Positions 36,934-47,752 of a DNA stretch of 64,000 nucleotides are shown here, one piece after another. The stretch lies in assembly GCA_964188305.1 (NCBI GenBank), contig OZ076886.1; one strand, given 5' to 3'. Each line of letters opens with the position of its first letter. The first letter of the stretch is position 1. The translations under genes were made by a program, and so were the position numbers. Origin of the DNA: Podarcis bocagei. Lineage: Eukaryota. A model generated the notes under the pieces. The model did no database searches. It had not been told where the DNA came from and worked only from the letters and a program-made list of their open reading frames with translations.

Positions 36934-38051
36934 GCTCGGAGGCATTCAGGGGGAAGATAGGTTTCCCTCCCGCTCATCCTGTCTCATTGACTCTACCTGA
37001 CTGTTGCCTTGGATGCCAGAAGGGGAAACAAAACCCAGCTGCTCCCACCCTTTATAAGCTATATGCTATGACGCAGTCACTCTGCATTGGGAGGCTCTGT
37101 GGGCCTGTAGTTTTATCTATGGAAACTCCCTGAAGCATGCAGTGGGTTCTTCTCGGGAGCCAAGTTGTTAATTCAGCTGCCAAATTATATGTGATGCAGT
37201 GGGGGACTCTCTTTCTCAAGAGGAATGGCTTTACTTGTTGAAACCAGCCATTATAGAGGAGGTCAGGCAAAGGCTGGTAGCCCAGGTTTTGCTGTGCTTG
37301 GGGACTTCTTAGCTTTATGAGTTAGAAATGGCAGAGAGAAATGGAGATCTATCCGCCTGGTAAGTTGCGGGGAGAGCAAGCCCTCCAGTACAATAACATT
37401 TGTGTTCTCCAAGGAAAACAACATTCCTCATTCCTTCCACCAAACTATCCACATTCAAAGCTTGTCATTTCCTAGGACAGTCAAACCCAATCTAAACCCG
37501 AATGCAAATTTAGGAGGCTGCAAGAGAGCATATGAAATGAGAATGATGTTTACATTTTCTTAAGTCAATGCCTTGGATTTGAAAGCTAAAGGGGGTGGTG
37601 CAGAAGTGGGCATTGCCCTCAGAGCTTTTGGGGCTGGGTCTGACGGTGCTGCTTGCTGCAAGGCCAAACTGGCAGCGGGCTGCTTCAAAAGGCTCGGGTT
37701 GAACATTGGCCCCTGGAAGCACCAGATCTATCTAGGAACCCTTGTGCTGTAGTGTACAGGAAATCATTCCAATAAAACAATCTCTGAGGTCAGCTCACGA
37801 CACGACACCCTTTTTCACTTGCATGAAGCTGCTCAGAGTGGGGAATCCAGCCTCCTTTTCCTTATTAGGACCAGGGGTGTGTTTGAGGGATATTTTGCCC
37901 ATCGCAAAAAAATTACATGGAAAGCACATGTGAATCATTGTTAAGAGTTTAGTTGTGCATTCATGTATGATGAAGCCGTGGCCAGTTGTGGCTTCCAAAC
38001 ATGCTTATATGCAGCAAAAATCCATACATGCACTGGTGATAAATGGTTATA

Positions 38052-38133
38052 CAGGGGGGGAGTCTTTTAAAAGAGGCCCTGTGGAACATGTGTACTCTGT
38101 ATCCACGGGGCCTCTTTTAAAGGACTCATCCTG
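38052..38133. mobile_element. Tiny palindromic MITE (probably Tc1/mariner)
   Basis: TA-CAGG...CCTG-TA ends; almost wholly an inverted repeat. Confidence 0.7.
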
Positions 38134-39030
38134 TATATGTAGGTGCGTATGCATATTTATATATTTTCCTCACAGAGAAAAAATAGAAGCGGAGTTCATT
38201 CAGTAGTACTCCATGTAGACATTTTGTAGTCCTGAGGTTTTGATGAGTGAGAATGTTGCTGATATCTGCCAGTCAAATTTAACTGAGGACATTTGGTATT
38301 TGGGCAACAGATCCTTAGGGTTTCTATTGGACTGATCTCTTCCTCCGCATTCTTGCTAGCAAGCTTCATACAAAACATCCCATGCATATAACATTTAGAA
38401 GAGGAGCTCCGCTTTCTTCTCCCTTGCTGATGTTTTGGGCTGCATGTAGATCAGGCATCCCTGCATCATATATTACTAGCCTTCACACACATGATGCAGA
38501 GTCAAAGTTCTCCTTGTGATCTGTAGTTACAGGAAGTGTTCGTTGTGACATCACCCTTTCCTGCTTACCAGTGACTGAAACCAGAGAGGTCAACATTTGT
38601 GTTGAGCCTGAACTTGCCTGAAGTCAAGATGTGACTCAGTTTGAGTCTGTTTTGCTTCTCCCAAAATAGATGTTTCCTATGGGTCAAACCTGTAATCCAG
38701 GTTTGCGCTAGCACCGAGCAGCATGTTTATTTCCGTCAGAATTTGACTTGTGTCCCTTCTAGCTTGCCAGGACTTCAGCATATCCCAAGACCATAGCATG
38801 CTCAGAGGGGGAAATGGGTAGGAGCAGAGAATGTCTAGATCAGGGGTTGCTAGCCAGTGAGTTTTCTGTACCAAAGGTTTTCTGTACACCCCCAAAAAAA
38901 ATCTAACTATTTAGCATTATTCATTTTTGTTAAGCAAATTAAAAACTGTTTTACCGGGGTGATCCCCACTGTGGTGCTGTGATGTTCCCACTGACATGCT
39001 ATGGAAAGTCAGCCAGTCTTCAAAAAATTA

Positions 39031-39421
39031 CTGTATTTTTTGCTCAATAAGACGCACCTTTTCCCTCCTAAAAAGTAAGGGGAAATGTGTGTGCTTCTTA
39101 AGGAGCGAATGCAGGCTTCGCACGGCTATTCCAGAAGCCAGAACAGCAAGAGGGATTGCTGCGCAGCGATCCCTCTTGCTGTTCTGGCTTCTGGAATAGC
39201 CATGCGAAGCCTCTTCAGAACAGTGGGAGCGTTCCTCCCAATGCACTGAAGAGGCTTTGCGTTGCTTTCACTGAAGCCAGAACAGCAAGAGGGATTGCTG
39301 CACAGCAATCCCTCTTGCTGTTCTGCCTTCTGGGATTCAGAATATTTTGTTTCTTGTTTCCCTCCTCCAAAAACTAGGTGTGTGTTATGGACAGGTGCGT
39401 CTTATAGAGCGAAAAATACGG
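39031..39421. mobile_element. Tc1/mariner MITE family B with two hairpin modules
   Basis: Same TIRs and TA TSD; hairpins at 39113-39212 and 39273-39330. Confidence 0.9.
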
Positions 39422-40999
39422 TATGCGCCTTTGGCTTGCAAAGGCACCATTTCATTCTCTGCTGTTGCACCATTCCAAGAAGGTCTTTCCTACTTGTTTC
39501 CTCAGCCCTAAGACCTTGGAATGGTGCTGTGCTGCAATAAGAAGAGGCACTTTTGCAAGGCAAGGGGAGCCTCTGCTGCCTATCCCTGCACTGAGCTGAT
39601 TGGGAGAATGAGGCAGGGAGGAGCTGTCTACTTTCATCTGCCTGTGCATGCAAGTGAAGGGAGCATTGGCCACACTGCAGCCAGTGAAAAGGGTTAGCCT
39701 CTCCAGGTCTCCATTATTTATAATGCAATGCTTTCAAACCTTGGCTACAAGAACATGCAGCTGTGTAGCTTTCATAATCCTAGGGTGTATGAACATTAAA
39801 ATACTTGTTTATAGGAGCTCCTCAAGGACAAATGGGTGTGTGCCAGGCTTAATTGTTCTGAAAGTTGAACAGGTTGTGTTTGCATCTTAGTTGGTAGTAT
39901 GACTGTCATAATATCACCCAGGCCCTAGTTAGCAACCTTTGGACCTTTTAAAAAAAGAAAGAAATGGTTTGGCCTTCCAGTTTTCCTGTTTACTCACTAC
40001 TGCCACATGAGTTTCCAAACAAAGATATTTATATTCCTTAAACTAAAATAAGGATGAGAAAGGAAGGTGCAAACCTTTTGGGGATGTTGTGCTGATTACA
40101 CTTGGGTTAACTGCAGCTGTATATGGAATTGGATATTAAAGCAGGTTGGTTCATTCAACCTTGCTTACGCAGAAGTAAATCCCATGGAAATCAATGGGTT
40201 TTGTTTCCAAGTAACTGCATTTATAAACCAGGTGCAGGTTGATAATGAAGCATTGATTGTTTAAGAGCAGTTTTAAGTTTTGTTTAGAAACACTAGCCTG
40301 GATTCAACTAACCCACTACATTAGTGGAAGCCAGCAGAAAGGCTCTCGATAACTCACTGTGACTTTTCCCCTCTCCTTACCGCCAATTCCACTCTCGAGA
40401 ATTGGTAGAACCCCCAGAATAGTGCTTGGGGGGAGGAGGAGAGGGGAGACCGTTCCCTCTGGTAAGGAGGAATCCTTGCACCGGCAGAACACTTGTATTA
40501 GACAGTTGATGCGTTGGACCTTCTCTTCAGAAGGAAGCTAAATAGGTGGCTTGTACATTGTTCAGAGAGCTTTCTATGTTTTGGTGAGATTGAAGTACTA
40601 ATTGCTAGAGTGCGCACAATAGTGGTTCTAAAAACATACTTTATAGTAATAGTATAATTCCATTAAGGAACTTTGCCCAGACCAGAGTAAAGAGTCCCTT
40701 TGGCTGATATGTACAATGATGTCACTGATTCTAATGTAGTGTGTAAATGTGACCGTAAAGTCAACTTCTAAATGAAAAGCATCCTTGTATATAGCCTTAG
40801 AAATGGAAGGAAGCATTTATTCTGAATATGCAGGTGCACTTCACAAGGGTCTACACTTCTCTGCCCATTTATTGTTCTCCATTCAGGTGTCCTTGTTTTT
40901 TGTTGGCATTGCAGAATAGGGACTCGTGTCTCAAAGCAGAGGCTCTAAACCATTGGGCAAGACGTTATGGTCATATTCCTGCCCTATAGCTTTAGAATA

Positions 41000-41225
41000 T
41001 AGTGGTACCTCGAGTTACATACACTTCAGGTTACAGACTCCACTAACCCAGAAATAGTGCTTCAGATTAAGAACTTTGCTTCAGGGTGAGTTCAGAAACC
41101 ATGCTCCGGCGGCGCGGCAGCAGCAGGAGGCCCCATTAGCTAAAGTGGTGCTTCAAGTTAAGAACAGTTTCGGGTTAAGAACGGACCTCCAGAACGAATT
41201 AAGTACTTAACCCGAGGTACCACTG
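41000..41225 (-). mobile_element. Tc1/mariner MITE family A
   Basis: Same TIRs and TA TSD. Confidence 0.92.
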
Positions 41226-43542
41226 TATCTGCTTCAAGACACTTGGAGCCCTGTTTTATAATGGCCACTTCTGTTCATTTGTTGTTTTGTGCTTTTGTTT
41301 TGCCCCAGGATTAATCCTCAGGGCCTACATGGCCTTAGCACACAGGGGTCTTGTTTTTCTTCTCAGCAAAGCATGAATGTCTCACTTTCTGGGTGCCAAA
41401 ATACAACAGTATGTTCTGTTGGTCTCTCTTAGTATAAGCTCAGCCAGTGAATTCTCCATTTGGAAGGCTGAAGGACCTCCACTAGCCAATAATTTGAAAG
41501 CTCTTGCCAATGCCTGGCCCAGACTTAGAGTCCTAAACGTTGTCGTGTTCTTTGTCGTGCAGTTGGCAAGTCTTGTTTTTGCAGTCACTGAGAGGGATTT
41601 CGTAAACTTCAATTGCCTGCTATCTCATTGACTTTGCTGTGCATCAAGTGTTTACCACATACTTGGTTTCCGTGAATCTTGATTTCTGCAGTGTGCCTTC
41701 TGGAGAAGTGTGCTTGCTGGCAGCAGTCTGATGCTGATGCTGCCACAATGAGGTGGCTATTAAAGCCTTAGAGGGCCAAGGTTCTGTAGGAGAGAGACTT
41801 CATACTATCCTAGTGTGCATGCTGTTTTGTCCCTTTCAGCTAATCAAAATGGAAGCTGTCTTCTAGAAAGACATGGCAGCCTCCTGTTTTGCCGAGGCCA
41901 TCCCCTTTCCATAAGGGGGGGAAGCATGCATGCTGTATTGGTTAATTGATGACATCCATTGATACAGCTGAGAATTCGGGAGCAGAAACGAGCTTTTCCT
42001 CCATCCAGAAACCCTACTGGCTCAAATATAATCTCTTAAACCCTCTCTATGTTATGTGTGTATACCTGTGTTACACAGAGCTTGCAGTGTTGTAACTTAC
42101 ATCAGTATATTTTCCATTTTGCCTCTGTGCATCCTGTTTTCTTCTAACTTTTGCTAGGCAACCTAACCTGTGCCATCGATTGGTTTTCTAGATAAGCTTC
42201 TTCTGTCAACACAACCTGAAATATACAACCATTTCCTCTTACTGAGGGGCATCCCTGCCTGTTTCAAACTTCTGTACAATTTTCTTGGGATTCTTGACTT
42301 TTGCTCTTCAGACACTGCCATTGTAGACAAGCTTATATTCCACAGCTTGCCTGGAAAATTGAAGAGCCTGTTGCTCTCTTTACCTTAGAAGTTCTAATGC
42401 TGTGCCTTTCTATTAACCAGCTATTTCAATTCCAAAGTCTGTAATCTTGAAAACGCCTTACTAACCAGCAAGGTGATCCACTCTTCTGACAACTTGAGTT
42501 GACTCCATTCAGTTGCTTAATGTGGAAGTAAGTGAAACATTTAAGAAGGGGGGGGGGATCTAGTTGACAAGTTGTGAATTCATATACAGTTTAATCTGTT
42601 GTGGCAAATTGGTGCTGACCATGTTTACCAGTTGATAAAGTTAGTATTCAAAGCCTACCTTTATATATTTTTCTTAGGTTTGCTGCTATATGTCTTGAGT
42701 ATATTAGTTGTGTGGCAAACTGCTGTTTAAAGTCTTGTCACTACTTTCTCAATTTTTGAAAGAGTTTTTGTTAAAAATAAAAAAACTTGAATAATGCTAC
42801 AGTATTTGTATATCAAATGGATATTTTTCATCTGGAATAATTAAGTTGCTCTTTTGCATTGGCTGGAAGAAGTTATCCGTTTTAAGTCACTTGGTTAAAG
42901 GTGTAGTATGCACAGTACCAAAACTATAAAATTTTTAAAAAAAATCACAAAACCGATTTAGTTTTATATTTTGCTGTTCACGTTCCTATAATGTTCAGTG
43001 TACCAGTTCTGCATTCAAGAAGAATTGCTTTTACAAGAAGGAAACTTGTGAGAATTGGTCCTGTGCTTTTTGTAATGTGTGTCAATCACCGTGTTTAATT
43101 TTTTTTAAAAGCCAAATAGTTCTTGTATGACATTTTCTAATTGCTTTAACTAGAGCTGTTCCTTTGCTTTTATGCTAAGAGAACAAAAGTTGGAGATGTT
43201 ATTACCCTGGGAAAGCTTAGGTTCTTTGTTAGAGTGGGACAGACTTTCCAGCCAGAATATTAAATAAGGCTGAAAGCAATGTCTGCCCATTGATCTCACT
43301 GTGGGTTCATTGCTCCATTTGGGGTTTGTTTGCTTGACCCTGGCTGGCTGGCTTTGCTTGCTTCTCTTGTGTGATGTCTTATCTCCCAGTTTCCTTTGGC
43401 CATTAACTTTAGTTTAGGCTTGAGATTTCTAGGCTGTTTTGTGTGTTTGTTTTTTTTAATTTATTTTACAGGTTAAAAGGGCTCCTAGAAGATGCTATGC
43501 TGGACAATTTTTGTATAACTTTCAATTCATTGTTTTAGTATC

Positions 43543-43548
43543 AATAAA
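43543..43548 (+). terminator. Probable distal poly(A) signal of CBX2 (AATAAA)
   Basis: AATAAA preceded by TGTA (43512) and followed by T-rich sequence, ending a long AT-rich UTR-like block; other AATAAA copies at 37771 and 42776. Confidence 0.55.
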
Positions 43549-45911
43549 TATTTTTTTAACTTTTCAGCTCACTGTGGCCTATGCATAGTTCAATTCCTGT
43601 ACTTGAATTGATTGGTTGTATTTCTATGTGCAACTTTCCATTCAGATGGATCCCAAATACTTCCTTCTCCACTGTACTCTTTCCCCCACCGAAAAAGAGA
43701 GAGAGAAATTATAAGGTACTAGTGTATTTAAATACTGGGCAAAAGAACTATCTAATGTATCAGTAGATGTACACAAGAAAAGAAAAACAGTCAAGTCCTT
43801 CTGCTCATCTGACGACTTGTGGAACATTCTTTATAACATCTTGTATAACACCCTGGCACTATCAACTGACAATTAACAGGTCCAGAACCGGTTCTGCCAT
43901 TAGGCAGTCTGAGGTGGCTGCCTCAGGTTGCAGAAGCCCCCAAGGTAGCAGCCCCACAGGCTCCCTGCCACTGCTGTCAGCTGAATTTGTATCTGAAATC
44001 ATGTGAGATCTCATCCAAATTTTGCACTTACACCAGCACCGCTTCTCTGCTGATGGCAAAAGCGGCGCCAGTGGCAAAAGGTATGGAGGCGGCAGGGCAG
44101 GGAAGGGTGACACGCCCTGTTTTGCCTCAAGCCCTGAACAGGTGTGTCCACAAATTACCGTAATCTAATGTTTATTTTCATCTCGTCCACGTGACTTGCT
44201 AGAAGAAATTTCTACAGATAATTGGAGTGTTTTCTAACACAACCTGCCTAATTGTGTGTGTGAGTTTGTAAGAGAGAGAGAGAGAGAAAATATCTCAGCT
44301 GAATCATGCCATGATTAAATCCCTAGACTCTTAACATCCAAACACTACAGTACAAGTCTTTGACTTAACTGCTACTGCAGCTGCCCCGGCCCAGAGCAAC
44401 TCCCATACAAAGCTGCTGGCTATTCTCTATCTAAATGCGGCATTGTGGGAATCTGTTCAGGCAGTCAGTGCTCTACTGCCAAAGGGCCTCTAGTGGCCAG
44501 AGCCGGTCCTGCTGCCGAATGTGGCAGCGAAGCTCTCCGGGAAGGGAATCGAAAGCGTCTAACGCCTGCGTGAGCCCAGAAAACAAGTCACAACTCCGTT
44601 TCTTCAATGGCCCATTCTTTGAGCCCGCGGTGGCTCCTGTGGTGCTATGTTGACCCGGTTAAAAGGAGCAACGGTAGTTTATAAGCCGCTTGGCTCGGGG
44701 GAGTCGGTGGAAAGGGGTGGATCCCTACATTTTCCACCTCCACCGTCTTCCAAAAGTCAACAGTGTAGGAAGTGGGGTAATAAATAGCAGCTGAAGCGCA
44801 GCATCTGCAGAGCCACTAGTATGGGAGAGAAGACGAGAAAGGGCCACGCCTCTCAATGGCGGACTCCCATCAGTCCCCATCCAGCACGGCCATGGTCACG
44901 GGGATTACGAGAGTTGTAGTCCAACCAAGGGCGTTTGGGAGGCCACAGGTTGCCTGACCACCCCTGTTTGTGTCACCCGGGGGCCGATTAACTTGGCAGA
45001 CATTTGCCTCCTGGTGAGCTCATTCCCAGGCTGATCTAGCCATTTCCACCGGCTGTTCCTCAAGCCCAAGAGGCCGCTGGATGCTGCAGTCGACTTAAAT
45101 TTTCTACTGCTTAGGCATACCGCTGAATAAAGTTCGCTGCTGAGCCAAGAGAGCTTTCTTAGGGGTATCCTCCCCTATATAAATTGCTGTGGGTGGAATG
45201 AGAGACTTTCCCTGCGGGACTCGAGGCCGAATCGGGAGTTTCCCAAGTCCATGCGCGTCCCTTATGAAGAAGAATTGCGGTTCCTTTGATGTTCCAACGA
45301 CTTGCTCTTGAGTAATCGGCTGAAGCGAAAAACCTGTACTGGAACATTTCCTCCATAATTAAACGTGGTAAAAATCCTCTCCTCCCACCTCCTTTTCTTG
45401 CAACATTGCATGGCCGCTGCAAAATTCCTCTTTTTGCTTGGAGAAGGGAAAGAAGTGGATGATCCTTCCTCCCCTCGGGCTACCTGGTTTTGTCTGAAAT
45501 AAAGGCTGCAGCCGCACCGAGTTTGTGCTTCGGGCCATCCACGGACACATCGCCATCCTCAAGGGACGTGGACTGTTTGAACCCCGCGCCAACTGGTGGT
45601 TGCGCGCTCGCGCTCTTCCTTTCCCCTCCGATTGCAGCGGAGGCTGCTCCATTTGGGCAAACGAGGCACAGCCCCTCAGCCGGTCCCCCACCCCCACTTC
45701 TTGCCTTCCTTGCTGACTTGCCCCCAGCCCAGTGGGCAGCACTGCCCGTCAGCTTCCTCCCCCTCTCTGCCGCCCTTTGTAGGCCTCAGCAGGGAAGAGG
45801 AGGGGAGCAAAACCTGTTATCTGCCCGGCTTTACCCCCGCCCCGCCGTCCCTGCCCAGGGGGCACCAGCCACCGCTGCCCCCTTGGTTAAGTCCAGAGTA
45901 AATCCCTCTGG

Positions 45912-46491
45912 TCTTTGTCCATGGAGTTTTCTTGGCAGGGATACTGGAGTGGCTTGCCTGTTCCTACTCCAGGTGGATCACGTTTGATCAAAACTCTCCA
46001 CTATGACCTGTCCATCTTGCGTGGCCCTGCACGGCATAGCTCATAGCTTCTCTGAGTTATTCAAGCCCCTTCGCCACGGCAAGGCAGTTAAAGAAGGCTG
46101 ATCACCGAAGAATTGATGCTTTTGAATTATGCTGCTGGAGGAGACTCTTGAGAGTCCCATGGACTGCAAGAAGATCAAACCAATCCATTCTTAAGGAAAT
46201 CAGCCCCGAGTGCTCACTGGAAGGACAGATCCTGAAGCTGAGGCTCCAATACTTTGGCCGCCTCATGAGAAGAGAAGACTCCCTTGAAAAGACCCTGATG
46301 TTGGGAAAGATGGAGGGCACAAGGAGAAGCGGACGACAGAGGACGAGATGGTTGGACAGTGTTCTCGAAGCTACCAGCATGAGTTTGACCAAACTGTGGG
46401 AGGCAGTGGAAGACAGGAGTGCCTGGCGTGCTCTGGTCCATGGGGTCAGGAAGAGTCGGACACGACTAAACGACTAAACAACAACAACAAC
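45912..46491 (+). mobile_element. BovB (RTE) insertion: 3' ~400 bp forward, preceded by an inverted segment
   Basis: ORF RVPWTARRSNQSILKEISPECSLEG...; (CAA)n tail; 12-bp TSD AAATCCCTCTGG at 45900-45911 and 46492-46503. Confidence 0.9.
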
Positions 46492-47526
46492 AAATCCCTC
46501 TGGAAGGGCTATTCTGCCCTAGTCGACACGGAGAAAGGAAAGCGGCCCGGCGTAGTCTCCGCATCTCTCTGTAGTCCAGAACTGAAAAAGCCACGCTGTC
46601 AAAATAAATCCTGGACGGCTAAGGGGATGGATGGATCCCTGTTCCTCTCAAGCTTGGGGAAGTCCGAAACGTGAAAACTCAGCAGTTCCATATCAAGGAG
46701 GGAAAGCAAATTGCAGCGGTTCCAAACACCGCTTGCATAGCACCTCCTAACGAGGGAAGTCGCAATCCTAAAAACAACAAAATACAGGTCTCGCCGCCTT
46801 TCCTAAAAACAGCGGAGGAGACGGCGAGTTCCTTGGCTATCTTTAGGAAAGGACTCCAAGACCCCGAGTAACTGGATCCCTGCCAGAAACTGAATCAGAT
46901 CTTTCCTCCCACACCGGCAGCGCATAGGAAGCGAGGCTGGATGCGCAGGGCGCAAGGGGGGGGGGGTGCTGGCGATAGCTAGAGAGGCGCCTTCCCACGC
47001 GACGGGGGTGACCAGCCTTGGCAACTGAACTGCATCCAGGACAGGACTTTCGTGTCAGCTCAAACCTCGTGACACCTGGGCGCCAAGCTCAACTCAGTGC
47101 AGACATTGACAATGAAGAGGTGGAAGCATTGCAGAGATGAATGCTCACCCTCAGCTCCGAATGGCCCAAGGCACCGCCTTCAATTGTCTTAGAATCACAG
47201 AATCGCAGAGTTAGAAGGGACCCCCCCAAAAAGGGTCATCAGACTGTTCCTTGAGCTCCTCTGGCACCTTCACGGAGGAGGCCGTGAGCAGCCTTGAACA
47301 CAACGGGAAACAAAGAACGCTGCCTGAGCCAGACCGCCGGCTTATCTAAGTCGGTCCTTGCCTACACTGGTTGGCAGCAGCTCTCCTGGGGACATTCCAA
47401 GCCACGCCGGGAATTGAACCAAAGCACCTCTTCATGCAAGGCTGAGCTACCAGCCTGGTGCCCGGCTCTCCCTTTTGGACAAAGAGGGGAGTCGGTGTTT
47501 TGAAAGGAATACGGGCTTCCTTGATA

Positions 47527-47752
47527 CAGTGGTACCCTCGGTTACAGACGCTTCAGGTTACAGACTCCGCTAACCCAGAAATAGTGCTTCAGGTTAAGAA
47601 CTTTGCTTCAGGATGAGAACAGAAATCGTGCAGCGGCGGCGCAGCGGCAGCAGGAGGCCCCATTAGCTAAAGTGATGCTTCAGGTTTAGAACAGTTTCAG
47701 GTTAAGAACGGACCTCTGGAACGAATTAAGTTCTTAACCCGAGGTACCACTG
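47527..47752 (-). mobile_element. Tc1/mariner MITE family A
   Basis: Same TIRs; internal CpGs largely intact. Confidence 0.92.

Noticed and set aside
44483-44500. CTCF-like motif (minus strand TGGCCACTAGAGGCCC) between the two genes
   Set aside because: Mismatch at a key G of the core; unsupported without ChIP data
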